Origin: Bacteroidaceae bacterium
Lineage (GTDB): Bacteria; Bacteroidota; Bacteroidia; Bacteroidales; Bacteroidaceae
NCBI GenBank assembly: GCA_963668125.1
Contig: OY764215.1
Location: forward strand, 1,858,972-1,922,971
Direction of reading: 5' to 3'
DNA length: 64,000 nt
Shown: one piece after another, positions 29,401-37,155 of the stretch
Layout: the number at the start of each line of letters is the position of its first letter
Numbering within the stretch: position 1 is the first letter of the stretch
The notes under the pieces: model-generated
What the model saw: only the letters and a program-made list of their open reading frames with translations
What the model was told of the DNA's origin: nothing
Databases searched by the model: none
Made by a program: the position numbers and the translations under genes

Positions 29401-30531
29401 AGCAACACTGTATATACCATCGTTATCTGTTCCAATCCATAAAACTCCTTTATGGTCTTTGCATACCGACATAATACAATTAGAGCCAATGTTGTTTTTT
29501 AGAATAGATTTATGACCAATATATTTAAAATTGCTCCGATTTGCAGGCAATAGCATTACACCTTTTTGAAAAATACCTAACCAGATATCTCCAGCTTTAT
29601 CTTCAATAATAGAATGGATTTTTGATTTTGTAAAATCAAAAGTCGGGATGTTGTATTTGTTTTCTACAAATTTATTGTAGATTGGGTCATAAATTTTTAA
29701 GCCTTTTCCATCTGTTCCAACCATGATTTGACGTTGCTTATAGACATAAAGGGTTTTTATTGGAAGCTTGGTTGGGTAAGAAACAACATCGAAAGAATTG
29801 GTCAATGCGTTATATGAAAACAATCCTTTATTTAAACTACCAACATATATTTTATTATCGGGGCCAAAACACATACATGAGATGTCTAGATTTACCATTT
29901 CTGGCCCATTAAGATATTGTTTAGTTTCTTGTTTCTTGCCTGAAGTTATGCAGAATACTCCTTTACCTTCAGTTCCAATCCATAGATTGCCTTTATTATC
30001 TTCCTGAATAGTAGTAATAAAAGAGTTTGGTATTGAACGAAGTATAACTTGTTTGGCTTGCTTACTGTTCCTTTTTAATAAGAACATACCATGACCTGCT
30101 GTTCCAATTAATATGTCTCCATTTCTTCTTTCATAAATAATATGGATATGAGCATCTAGTGGTTTGTTATTTTGAGCTGATAGTAAGGGTATATCTGTGA
30201 ACTTTCCGGAAGCATAGTCGTATTGTTGCAAACCATTTACATATCCAATATAAAGATTGTGTTGACTATCATTGAAAACAGATAGTACATAATTGCTTTT
30301 GATGCTTGATTTGTCTTCTTTTTTATGTTTAAAAGTTAGGAATTTAGCTCCATCGTAATAATTTAGACCGTCTTCTGTAGCAATCCAGATGTTTCCTTTC
30401 GAGTCTTGAGTTACCTTGTTGACCATACTGCTGGATAATTCCTTGTCAACAGTAAATAATTTCCCGGATTGAGCAAACCCACAGATCGAAAAATAGAATA
30501 ATAGAAAAATTGAAATTTGTGTGGCTCTCAT
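26482..30531 (-). CDS. Hybrid two-component system (periplasmic beta-propeller sensor, His kinase, receiver, AraC-type HTH)
   Basis: 1349 aa. The N-terminal roughly 750 aa consist of repeated propeller-type segments (GNIWIATEDGLNYYD, GNLWIGTEGKGV and similar). Then come a TM helix FIYLILIITALYF, H-box ISHEIRTPMT, ATPase blocks ISDNGIGI and GTGIGLHL, receiver DLIISDVMMPEMDG, and a C-terminal AraC HTH (FVNATYFSTAFKELYGMSPKEY). Confidence 0.93.
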   Translation of the reverse strand: MRATQISIFLLFYFSICGFAQSGKLFTVDKELSSSMVNKVTQDSKGNIWIATEDGLNYYDGAKFLTFKHKKEDKSSIKSNYVLSVFNDSQHNLYIGYVNGLQQYDYASGKFTDIPLLSAQNNKPLDAHIHIIYERRNGDILIGTAGHGMFLLKRNSKQAKQVILRSIPNSFITTIQEDNKGNLWIGTEGKGVFCITSGKKQETKQYLNGPEMVNLDISCMCFGPDNKIYVGSLNKGLFSYNALTNSFDVVSYPTKLPIKTLYVYKQRQIMVGTDGKGLKIYDPIYNKFVENKYNIPTFDFTKSKIHSIIEDKAGDIWLGIFQKGVMLLPANRSNFKYIGHKSILKNNIGSNCIMSVCKDHKGVLWIGTDNDGIYSVAPNGEVKSHFSQENGSNVPSTIISLFEDSDQNLWVGSFFQGLAKLNKETGHCEYIQKMNTDCVFSIVEDKNKNLWLGTMGSGVYSMNIKNNQVVHYPSVQGYNKKRNTLHNRWVTAMLLTHNNKLYIGTFDGMGCLDLKTKNFVSTYNTNKLLSGYIIYTIFEDKKGYIWIGTSEGILCLNPQNQQITSFDMKNGLPSNVICGICGDKQGNLWISTNYGISKYNPTKKTFTNYYADDGLQGNEFSKNALFRDKSGEIIFGGVNGVTSFFPEKITNPAKKLDIRITGFYIHDQAINKGDKSGSYNVIDTAVSEAKKFHLAASDNSFRVEFSAMEFCNPERITFMYALNNNNWNTLQPGENHVSFDNLTPGKYHFKVKAKYYETYSDIKEITIIISPPWYASIGAKFIYLILIITALYFTRQQIMQRRKIKLKIQQQEHAEEINEAKLQFFINISHEIRTPMTLIISPLQKLMTIDKDEERQKSYHTIFRNSKRILALMNQLMDIRKIDKKQMVLKFRETDIVNFTHDLVKIFESQSINKQIKLNFQSDIPELKAWIDPNNYDKIILNLLSNAFKFTPKNGEISTSIHIGENNDENDKPSHYYEIIISDNGIGIKKEEIERIFERFYQINNSQNNSNIGTGIGLHLTRSLVQLHHGKIWAENNEDGKGCRFIIRLPLGNDFLIPEEIANDEEIADKINQDSAVMVAETIDSIDNAQVRIKTKYKILIVEDDEEIRKYLKDELGNEFHIIESCNGKEALPIILKKAPDLIISDVMMPEMDGMELCQKIKQNININHIPVILLTAKTREEDNIEGLEVGADSYITKPFSIDIVRKTIQNLIKNRECLKNNLTGQQIQEDKIDKISLKTPDEKLLERIMSVINKNISNIDFSVEILAAEVGISRVHLHRKMKELTNQTTRDFIRNVRLQQAAALLKDRNQNISEVAFTTGFVNATYFSTAFKELYGMSPKEYMEQNKE

Positions 30532-30555
30532 AAATAGATGATTAATGTTCTACTG

Positions 30556-30563
30556 CAAATTTA
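30556..30563 (-). promoter_or_regulatory. Candidate -7 box (TAAATTTG) for the minus-strand HTCS
   Basis: The plus strand reads caaattta. It lies 25-32 nt upstream of the ATG at 30531. Confidence 0.3.
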
Positions 30564-30710
30564 GTTATTTATAGCTAAAATAGGGCAAGTATTATGAAAT
30601 ATAAAATGTGATGTTACATGAGCAAAGGATTATGTAACATTAATGCGGGTGATTGTAATGTATGCAAAAGGATGTGTTTTTTTATTTTATTATTAGATAT
30701 AGATTGTGAG

Positions 30711-30718
30711 TATATTTG
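30711..30718 (+). promoter_or_regulatory. Candidate -7 box (TATATTTG) for the plus-strand HTCS
   Basis: It matches TAnnTTTG about 120 nt upstream of ATG 30838. Confidence 0.3.
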
Positions 30719-30837
30719 TATGATGCATATGCGGAATGGAACTTTAATGTATTTATTTTGTTTCAGCATTTTTTTGTTAACCAAATATAGGCTCAATAAT
30801 TGAAGGGTAAAGTATATATGAAAAAACTTAAATTTAA

Positions 30838-33800
30838 ATGAGAACTAAACTACTCCTTTTATCTTTTTTGCTATCTGTAATCTCATTACATTCCTCAAAT
30901 GTGAAGTTTTACGATATAAATTCTTTGTATGGAATTTCAATGCGAATGGCAACGTCTATTTGTAAAGATAAAAAGGGCTTTATTTGGGCTTCTACAAAAT
31001 TGGGAATCTTAAGGCTTGCCGGAGATGATTATCGCATTTATCAACTTCCATTTGAAAATACAGATATTATATCTGTGAAACTTGTGTATGCAAATTCAGA
31101 CTTATTTGCTCTTTCAAATAATGGTCAGTTATTTCGTTATAATGCTATTAAGGACCAATTTGAACTATTAATTAATATGGGCAAGTCTATGAATAATACA
31201 CATTTAGTGACAGGGGGTATACTTGTTGATAATGCTAATTGTTATTGGATTGCTTCTTCATCCGGCTTATTCAAGTATCATAATGGGTCTCTTACACATA
31301 TTCAAGATTCTGAAGAAGTCTATTGTTTATCCTGGTATGACTCAAATCGATTTTTCCTTGCCAAACCAACAGGAATATGGCTATTTAATAAACAAACAAT
31401 GAAAGGAACAAGGCTTTATAAAAATACTCCAAAAGCCGACTTACGTGTTTCCAAATTTTTTTATGACAATAAAATGAAGAAGCTTTGGATTGGAACATCC
31501 TGGAATGGCTTGTTTTATTATGATTTGAGTAGACATGCTTTGTGTCCTGTGAAAATAAATGGTTTTCCTAAACAACCTATTCTGGCAATAGAAGCGAATT
31601 CCGATTCTACAATTTTAGCAGGTATTGATGGACAAGGCATTTGGGAGTTGAATAAACAGGGTACAAAGGTTTTAAATGTATACAAAGAAGACGTTAATGA
31701 TCCGTCATCACTTCCAGGAAATGGTGTTTATGATATCTTTAATGATCAAAATAAACGTATTTGGGTTTGTACCTTTGGCGGTGGTGTTTCTTTTTTTGAT
31801 AAAACATCTACTCAGGTCCAGCAATTAACTCATACTGTAAATAATTTCAATTCATTAGCAAATAATAATGTTAACAAGATTATACAGGACAAAAAAGGGA
31901 ATATCTGGATGGCTACGGATAATGGTCTTAGCTGTAAAGAAGCCGGGACTGGAAAATGGAAAACATTTTATCAAAATCAACATAATCAGGCTCCGGTATT
32001 CTTATCATTATGCGAAGATGATAGAGGACGAATATGGGCAGGAACTTATTCTTCTGGTATTTATGTTCTTGACGAGCGTACTGGTCGCGAATTAGCACAT
32101 TATTCGAATGGAACTAAAGGATTTTCTTTAGAGAATAACTTTGTATTGGACATTTTTAAAGATAGTAATGGAGATCTTTGGATAGGAGGGGTACCAGGAA
32201 AACTGATATGTTATCTTTCAAAAGAAAATAAGTTTCGAAATTACCCAACACAGCCTGTTAATACTTTTGCTGAATTAAAGCCCAATAAAATACTTTTAGC
32301 TTGTACATATGGGTTATGCGTTCTTGATAAGAAGACTGGTAAAATAGAAACTTTGCAAGAAGGATATTTAGTTCATGATGTAGTGGCATTAAAAGATGAG
32401 ATTTGGATTTGCACAAGTGGAGAAGGATTGATCAGATATAATTATAGTACCCATAAAACTCAAAAGATAACAACTGTATCAGGATTGCCGTCTAATTTTG
32501 TAAATAGCATAATGTATTCCGGGGGATATTTGTGGTTGGGTACAGAATGTGGCTTATGCAGGTTGAATCCAAAGAATATGGAGGTGCTTACTTATAATAC
32601 AGTGTATCCATTATCTCGAGTATCGTTTAACAAGAACTCACGTTGCAGGCTAAACAATGGACAATTAATTTGGGGAACGAGTAATGGTGCTGTTTGTTTT
32701 TATCCCCAATCATTATCGAAGAGTCAATCAAATGGAAATATCTTTTTCCAGAATTTAACCATAGCAGGCCGCTCTATCCGTAACAGTCTAAAAACTCCGT
32801 TGGATAGCTTGCAGGAAGTATCATTGAACTATGATCAAAATACCTTGCAACTAGAGCTTTTATCTATAGGAAGTGTTTCTGGTGCTAAATTTTCATGGAT
32901 GTTAGAGGGATTAGATAATGCATGGAGTCAGCCTTCTGAAAATCACTTTATACAATATTCGAATATTCCTAATGGGACTTATGTATTGAAAATAAGGTTA
33001 TATGATTGTTCTCTTTCTCATGTAATTATAGAGCGATCATTAAGTATAACTGTTGTTCCACCTTTTTGGAAGATCTGGTGGTTTCAACTTTTTCTGTTAG
33101 TAGTAATTTTTGGAATTATTTATATATCATTAAAATATTATATTGAGCGGTTTAAACAACAACATAACGAAGAAAAAATTCGCTTCTTTACTAATACCAC
33201 TCATGATATCAGAACGTCTCTTACATTAATAAAAGCTCCTATGGAGGAATTAGCGAATGAAAATAATATGTCTGATACTGGTAAATACTATCTTTCGTTG
33301 GCTATTGAACAAGCAAGACGACTTTCTGCTGTTGTAACTCAATTAATGGATTTTCAGAAAGTTGATATCAGAAAAGAACAGCTGGTTCTTGGCCAGGTGG
33401 ACATTGTAGAGATGATTGAGCATCGTAGGTTGATGTTTGAATCCTTTGCAAAAAAACAAAATGTAAGATTACAGTTTGTTTCACAACAGGAATGTTATCA
33501 AACAGCTGTAGATGAATTGATGATAGAGAAAGTTATTGATAATCTTATTTCTAATGCTATTAAATATTCACATCCGGATAGTGAAGTTCTGATAACTGTA
33601 GAATGTGAACCCGACAAATGGACTATGGAAGTAAAAGATAGTGGTATTGGAATTAGCAAGAAAGCTCAAAATCAGCTCTTCAGAGAATTTTACCGTGGGG
33701 AAAATGCTATAAATTCAAAAATTGTAGGTTCTGGTATCGGCCTTCTGCTAGTGAAAAAATATGTAGAAATGCATGATGGTACAATTAGCTGCGTAAGTGA

Positions 33801-34707
33801 AGAAAATATGGGTTCAACTTTTAGAATGGTCATACCTTTTAAAGAATTTATTGATGAGAGCAATAAAACAAAAGCTAAAATACAAGAACCGGTATCTTAT
33901 GCTGCAAATGAAGCTGATTCGCAGTTACTGTTAGAATCTGAAGAATCATCGAAATTAAAAATGCATATTCTAATTGTTGAAGACAATGATGATCTTAGAA
34001 ATTTTATGCAATATCCTCTTAAATCTGATTTTGAAATCTTGCTAGCCGAAGATGCTGTCGTAGCTTGGGACATTATTCAAAAACAGATGCCAGATTTGGT
34101 CGTTTCAGATGTAATGATGCCTAATATGGATGGATTTGAATTATGCAAGTTCATGAAATCAACTTATGAGACTTCTCATATTCCAATAATATTGCTTACA
34201 GCTCTATCTGGAGAAGCAGATCAACTTCATGGATTAGGTTTGGGAGCGGATGATTATTTAACTAAGCCTTTTGATATGATTCTTCTTTCACAAAAAATAA
34301 AATCGATAATAAGGAATCGTGAAATCGTTAAAGAAAGGGCTTTAAAGTTAATAAAAGGACCTGATAATGATGAAGAACAAATCTTAGTCAATGAACTTAA
34401 TGATAAGTTTGTAAAGAAGATGCTCGAAGTTGTCCGGGCTAATATAGCAAATACTGAATTTGGAAAAGAAGATTTTGCTTTTTCGATGAATATAAGTTCA
34501 TCATTGCTTTATAAGAAGGTGAAGTCCTTAACAAATCAATCACCAACAGATTTTATTAAGATGGTCCGACTTGATTATGCATTAGAATTACTGCAAAGTC
34601 ATAAGTACACTGTTACAGAGGTGAGTGAGTATTGTGGTTTTTCTTCACTTGGATATTTTAGTACAGTATTCAAAAAGCATTTTGGAAAATCACCTACTCA
34701 AATATAG
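30838..34707 (+). CDS. Hybrid two-component system (periplasmic beta-propeller sensor, His kinase, receiver, AraC-type HTH)
   Basis: 1289 aa. It has the same architecture as the neighbouring HTCS: a propeller-like N-terminus, TM helix WFQLFLLVVIFGIIYISL, H-box TTHDIRTSLT, ATPase blocks VKDSGIGI and GSGIGLLLVKK, receiver DLVVSDVMMPNMDG, and AraC HTH ending GYFSTVFKKHFGKSPTQI. Confidence 0.93.
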   Translation: MRTKLLLLSFLLSVISLHSSNVKFYDINSLYGISMRMATSICKDKKGFIWASTKLGILRLAGDDYRIYQLPFENTDIISVKLVYANSDLFALSNNGQLFRYNAIKDQFELLINMGKSMNNTHLVTGGILVDNANCYWIASSSGLFKYHNGSLTHIQDSEEVYCLSWYDSNRFFLAKPTGIWLFNKQTMKGTRLYKNTPKADLRVSKFFYDNKMKKLWIGTSWNGLFYYDLSRHALCPVKINGFPKQPILAIEANSDSTILAGIDGQGIWELNKQGTKVLNVYKEDVNDPSSLPGNGVYDIFNDQNKRIWVCTFGGGVSFFDKTSTQVQQLTHTVNNFNSLANNNVNKIIQDKKGNIWMATDNGLSCKEAGTGKWKTFYQNQHNQAPVFLSLCEDDRGRIWAGTYSSGIYVLDERTGRELAHYSNGTKGFSLENNFVLDIFKDSNGDLWIGGVPGKLICYLSKENKFRNYPTQPVNTFAELKPNKILLACTYGLCVLDKKTGKIETLQEGYLVHDVVALKDEIWICTSGEGLIRYNYSTHKTQKITTVSGLPSNFVNSIMYSGGYLWLGTECGLCRLNPKNMEVLTYNTVYPLSRVSFNKNSRCRLNNGQLIWGTSNGAVCFYPQSLSKSQSNGNIFFQNLTIAGRSIRNSLKTPLDSLQEVSLNYDQNTLQLELLSIGSVSGAKFSWMLEGLDNAWSQPSENHFIQYSNIPNGTYVLKIRLYDCSLSHVIIERSLSITVVPPFWKIWWFQLFLLVVIFGIIYISLKYYIERFKQQHNEEKIRFFTNTTHDIRTSLTLIKAPMEELANENNMSDTGKYYLSLAIEQARRLSAVVTQLMDFQKVDIRKEQLVLGQVDIVEMIEHRRLMFESFAKKQNVRLQFVSQQECYQTAVDELMIEKVIDNLISNAIKYSHPDSEVLITVECEPDKWTMEVKDSGIGISKKAQNQLFREFYRGENAINSKIVGSGIGLLLVKKYVEMHDGTISCVSEENMGSTFRMVIPFKEFIDESNKTKAKIQEPVSYAANEADSQLLLESEESSKLKMHILIVEDNDDLRNFMQYPLKSDFEILLAEDAVVAWDIIQKQMPDLVVSDVMMPNMDGFELCKFMKSTYETSHIPIILLTALSGEADQLHGLGLGADDYLTKPFDMILLSQKIKSIIRNREIVKERALKLIKGPDNDEEQILVNELNDKFVKKMLEVVRANIANTEFGKEDFAFSMNISSSLLYKKVKSLTNQSPTDFIKMVRLDYALELLQSHKYTVTEVSEYCGFSSLGYFSTVFKKHFGKSPTQI

Positions 34708-34740
34708 TATTAGAGTTTTTGTCTATGCAAAACTGATAAA

Positions 34741-34778
34741 AGATATATTGTAATAAGGAATAATATCACAATATATCT
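34741..34778 (+). terminator. Hairpin after the plus-strand HTCS gene
   Basis: agatatattgt (34741-34751) pairs with acaatatatct (34768-34778) across a 16-nt loop, 34 nt after the stop. The stem is AT-only and there is no T-tract. Confidence 0.4.
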
Positions 34779-34983
34779 GGAATTGAAAACTAAATATCTT
34801 AATCCCAAAGTGAAAAGATCCGCTTGAACATACTTTTGCATAGTAGAAGTAAAAAAATGCTTTTTAACTTGGTGACCATATTTGTTCTAATAACAGTATG
34901 TTTTTTGAATATTTGAGAATACATAATAAAGTTTTTTGATGTAAAAATTTGATTAGTGATTGTTGGTTAGATTAGTGTGATCG

Positions 34984-35013
34984 AAGATTGGAGTGAGAAT
35001 TCACTCCAATCTT
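34984..35013 (+). terminator. Strong stem-loop in the 445-bp spacer upstream of GH43-CBM6 (35154)
   Basis: A 13-bp perfect stem, aagattggagtga (34984-34996) pairing with tcactccaatctt (35001-35013), with the 4-nt loop gaat, followed by tattattgc. It is preceded by two gattagtg direct repeats (34951 and 34970). Confidence 0.45.
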
Positions 35014-35153
35014 TATTATTGCTCAAAATTTTAAAGATTTGTTTTAGATGAAAAATTACTGGAATGAAATTTTTAAAATAATATTTTAATATCTCTTAAA
35101 TTAGTTGCCGGTATCTTTTTAATCTTAAAGAAGTAATTGTAAATCACGATAAG

Positions 35154-36935
35154 ATGAAGAATTTAAAATATGAAAATGCGATTGTAATTGTTTTAACTCT
35201 GTTAGCAATAGTAGTTCCAATTACCAGTATGTCTCAGAACCCTGTTATTCAAACAAACTTCGTAGCTGATCCGGCCCCTATGGTTCATGATGGCACCGTA
35301 TATCTTTATACCACGCATGATGAGGATAAAACAATAAACAATTTTTTTACAATGAATGACTGGAGATGTTATTCTTCTAAAGACATGGTGAATTGGACTG
35401 ATCATGGGGCTGTATTTTCTTATACCGGTTTTAGTTGGTCAAGAGGAGACGCATGGGCTGGTCAATGTATCTATAGAAATGGCAAATTTTATTTTTATGT
35501 TCCTGTTAATCAAAAAAATGGGGGAAATGCTATTGGTGTTGCTATATCCGATAGTCCGACCGGACCATTTCGTGATGCTCTTGGATCGCCTTTGCTTGTA
35601 GGCTATGGATATATAGATCCTACAGTGTTTATTGATGATGATGGTCAGGCTTATCTGTATTGGGGAAATCCACATCTTTATTATGTCAAGCTAAATAATG
35701 ATATGATTTCGTATGATCAAAAGGTTGGAGTTGTAAAGGTTCCTCTCACTGAAGAAGGGTTTAAGCTAAGAATCACTAATGCACATAAAACATTTTTGTG
35801 GGCTAAATCTATTGATGGATTGGCTTCACACAGCATTAAAAGTGTTGATAATAAATATTACTGGTATGTTAGTGCGATAGATAAAAGTACTAACAAAAAA
35901 GTTATCGGAGTGGCTGTAGGAGATAAGGCTATCGGACCTTTTATTGATCTATTAGGTAAGCCGTTGATTACAGAACATTGTGGTCAGGGCAATATTAATC
36001 CTACTGTAATTGTAGATAATAATAAACAATCCTATCTGACTTGGGGTGATTCGGAATTGTGGTATGCTAAACTTAACAGTAATATGATCTCGCACGATCA
36101 GAATGCTGGCATTAACCCCATTCCTTCAGACAAAAAGGATTGGTTTGTTTCAAAAATTAAGGAAACTAAGAATTCAACAGAGAAAAGAGCCACTACTTAT
36201 GAGGAGGGGCCTTGGCTTTTCAAACGTAAAAGTAAATATTATCTTCTTTATCCGGCAGGAGGAGTCCCTGAACATTTAGCTTACTCAACAAGTTCTAGTC
36301 CTACAGGACCTTGGATTTATGGGGATACAATTATGCAGGTAATTAAAGAAGGCGGAGCATTTACCAACCATCCGGGATATATTAATTTTAAAGGGAAATC
36401 ATATCTCTTTTATCATAATGGAGCGCTAAAAGGTGGCGGTGGTTTTAAACGTTCGGTTTGCATTGAACCGTTTAAGTTTAATACAAATGGTACAATTCCA
36501 TTGATAATCCCTACAAAAGAAAGTGTTATTGAAAGTGCCTCCAATTTGAATCCATTTACGAGAATAGAAGCCGAAACTATTGCATGGGAAGAAGGAGTTG
36601 AAACAGTAAAAGATGCAAAAAGTGGCGTTTATGTTACTGATATCAATGACGGCGACTATATAAAAGTGCGCAGCGTTAATTTCGGCATAGGAGCTAAAAT
36701 ATTTGAAGCAAATGTTGCAACAGCTACATCAGGAGGCAAAATTGAAATTCATGTTGACAGTAAAGAAGGCAATCTGTTAGGTGTTTTAGAAGTGAAGAAT
36801 ACAGAAGGAGCGCTAAAATGGAAGACGATCTCGTGCAAAGTGAATAAAATAAAAGGAATCCATGATGTTTTCTTTGTGTTTAAAGGAGGTAATGACAATT
36901 TATTCAATTTTGATTGGTGGAGATTCCTAAAATAA
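35154..36935 (+). CDS. GH43 plus CBM6-like module, with an internal tandem duplication in the propeller
   Basis: Blocks: FVADPAPMV, YIDPTVFIDDDGQAYLYWGN, EEGPWLFKRKS. The CBM6-type tail ends LFNFDWWRFLK. It is about 140 aa longer than its paralogs at 44102 and 47632 because residues 111-192 are repeated as residues 234-319 (see findings). Confidence 0.88.
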   Translation: MKNLKYENAIVIVLTLLAIVVPITSMSQNPVIQTNFVADPAPMVHDGTVYLYTTHDEDKTINNFFTMNDWRCYSSKDMVNWTDHGAVFSYTGFSWSRGDAWAGQCIYRNGKFYFYVPVNQKNGGNAIGVAISDSPTGPFRDALGSPLLVGYGYIDPTVFIDDDGQAYLYWGNPHLYYVKLNNDMISYDQKVGVVKVPLTEEGFKLRITNAHKTFLWAKSIDGLASHSIKSVDNKYYWYVSAIDKSTNKKVIGVAVGDKAIGPFIDLLGKPLITEHCGQGNINPTVIVDNNKQSYLTWGDSELWYAKLNSNMISHDQNAGINPIPSDKKDWFVSKIKETKNSTEKRATTYEEGPWLFKRKSKYYLLYPAGGVPEHLAYSTSSSPTGPWIYGDTIMQVIKEGGAFTNHPGYINFKGKSYLFYHNGALKGGGGFKRSVCIEPFKFNTNGTIPLIIPTKESVIESASNLNPFTRIEAETIAWEEGVETVKDAKSGVYVTDINDGDYIKVRSVNFGIGAKIFEANVATATSGGKIEIHVDSKEGNLLGVLEVKNTEGALKWKTISCKVNKIKGIHDVFFVFKGGNDNLFNFDWWRFLK

Positions 36936-37084
36936 GCTTTCTGTTAGTAGATATTGATGGCTAAGAATAGAAAAATTTATATTCATAAGGATAAATAATA
37001 ACTGTTGCTCAATAATGGATAATTTATTAAAATATAAGCACTTAAATAGACTGATTTATAGATGCAATTCTTAAGTATGATTTG

Positions 37085-37092
37085 TATTTTTG
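37085..37092 (+). promoter_or_regulatory. Candidate -7 box (TATTTTTG) for the esterase/DUF3237/GH97/GH3 gene string
   Basis: It matches TAnnTTTG about 64 nt upstream of ATG 37156. Confidence 0.3.
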
Positions 37093-37155
37093 TTTAAAAT
37101 AACTTTGATTATTAACCTCTATAGTCTTATGACAACTTTATTAAAAAGTATTTAT

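Noticed and set aside
30614-30803. Two mutually overlapping 60-aa ORFs on opposite strands between the HTCS genes
   Set aside because: They overlap each other and the candidate promoters, they have no domain signatures, and this is typical AT-rich spacer noise.
30818-30841. 7-codon upstream ORF (MKKLKFK*) whose TGA overlaps the HTCS start codon (aaATGa)
   Set aside because: It could suggest translational coupling or a leader peptide. However, it is very short, Lys-rich as expected from an A-rich leader, and unsupported by any other evidence.
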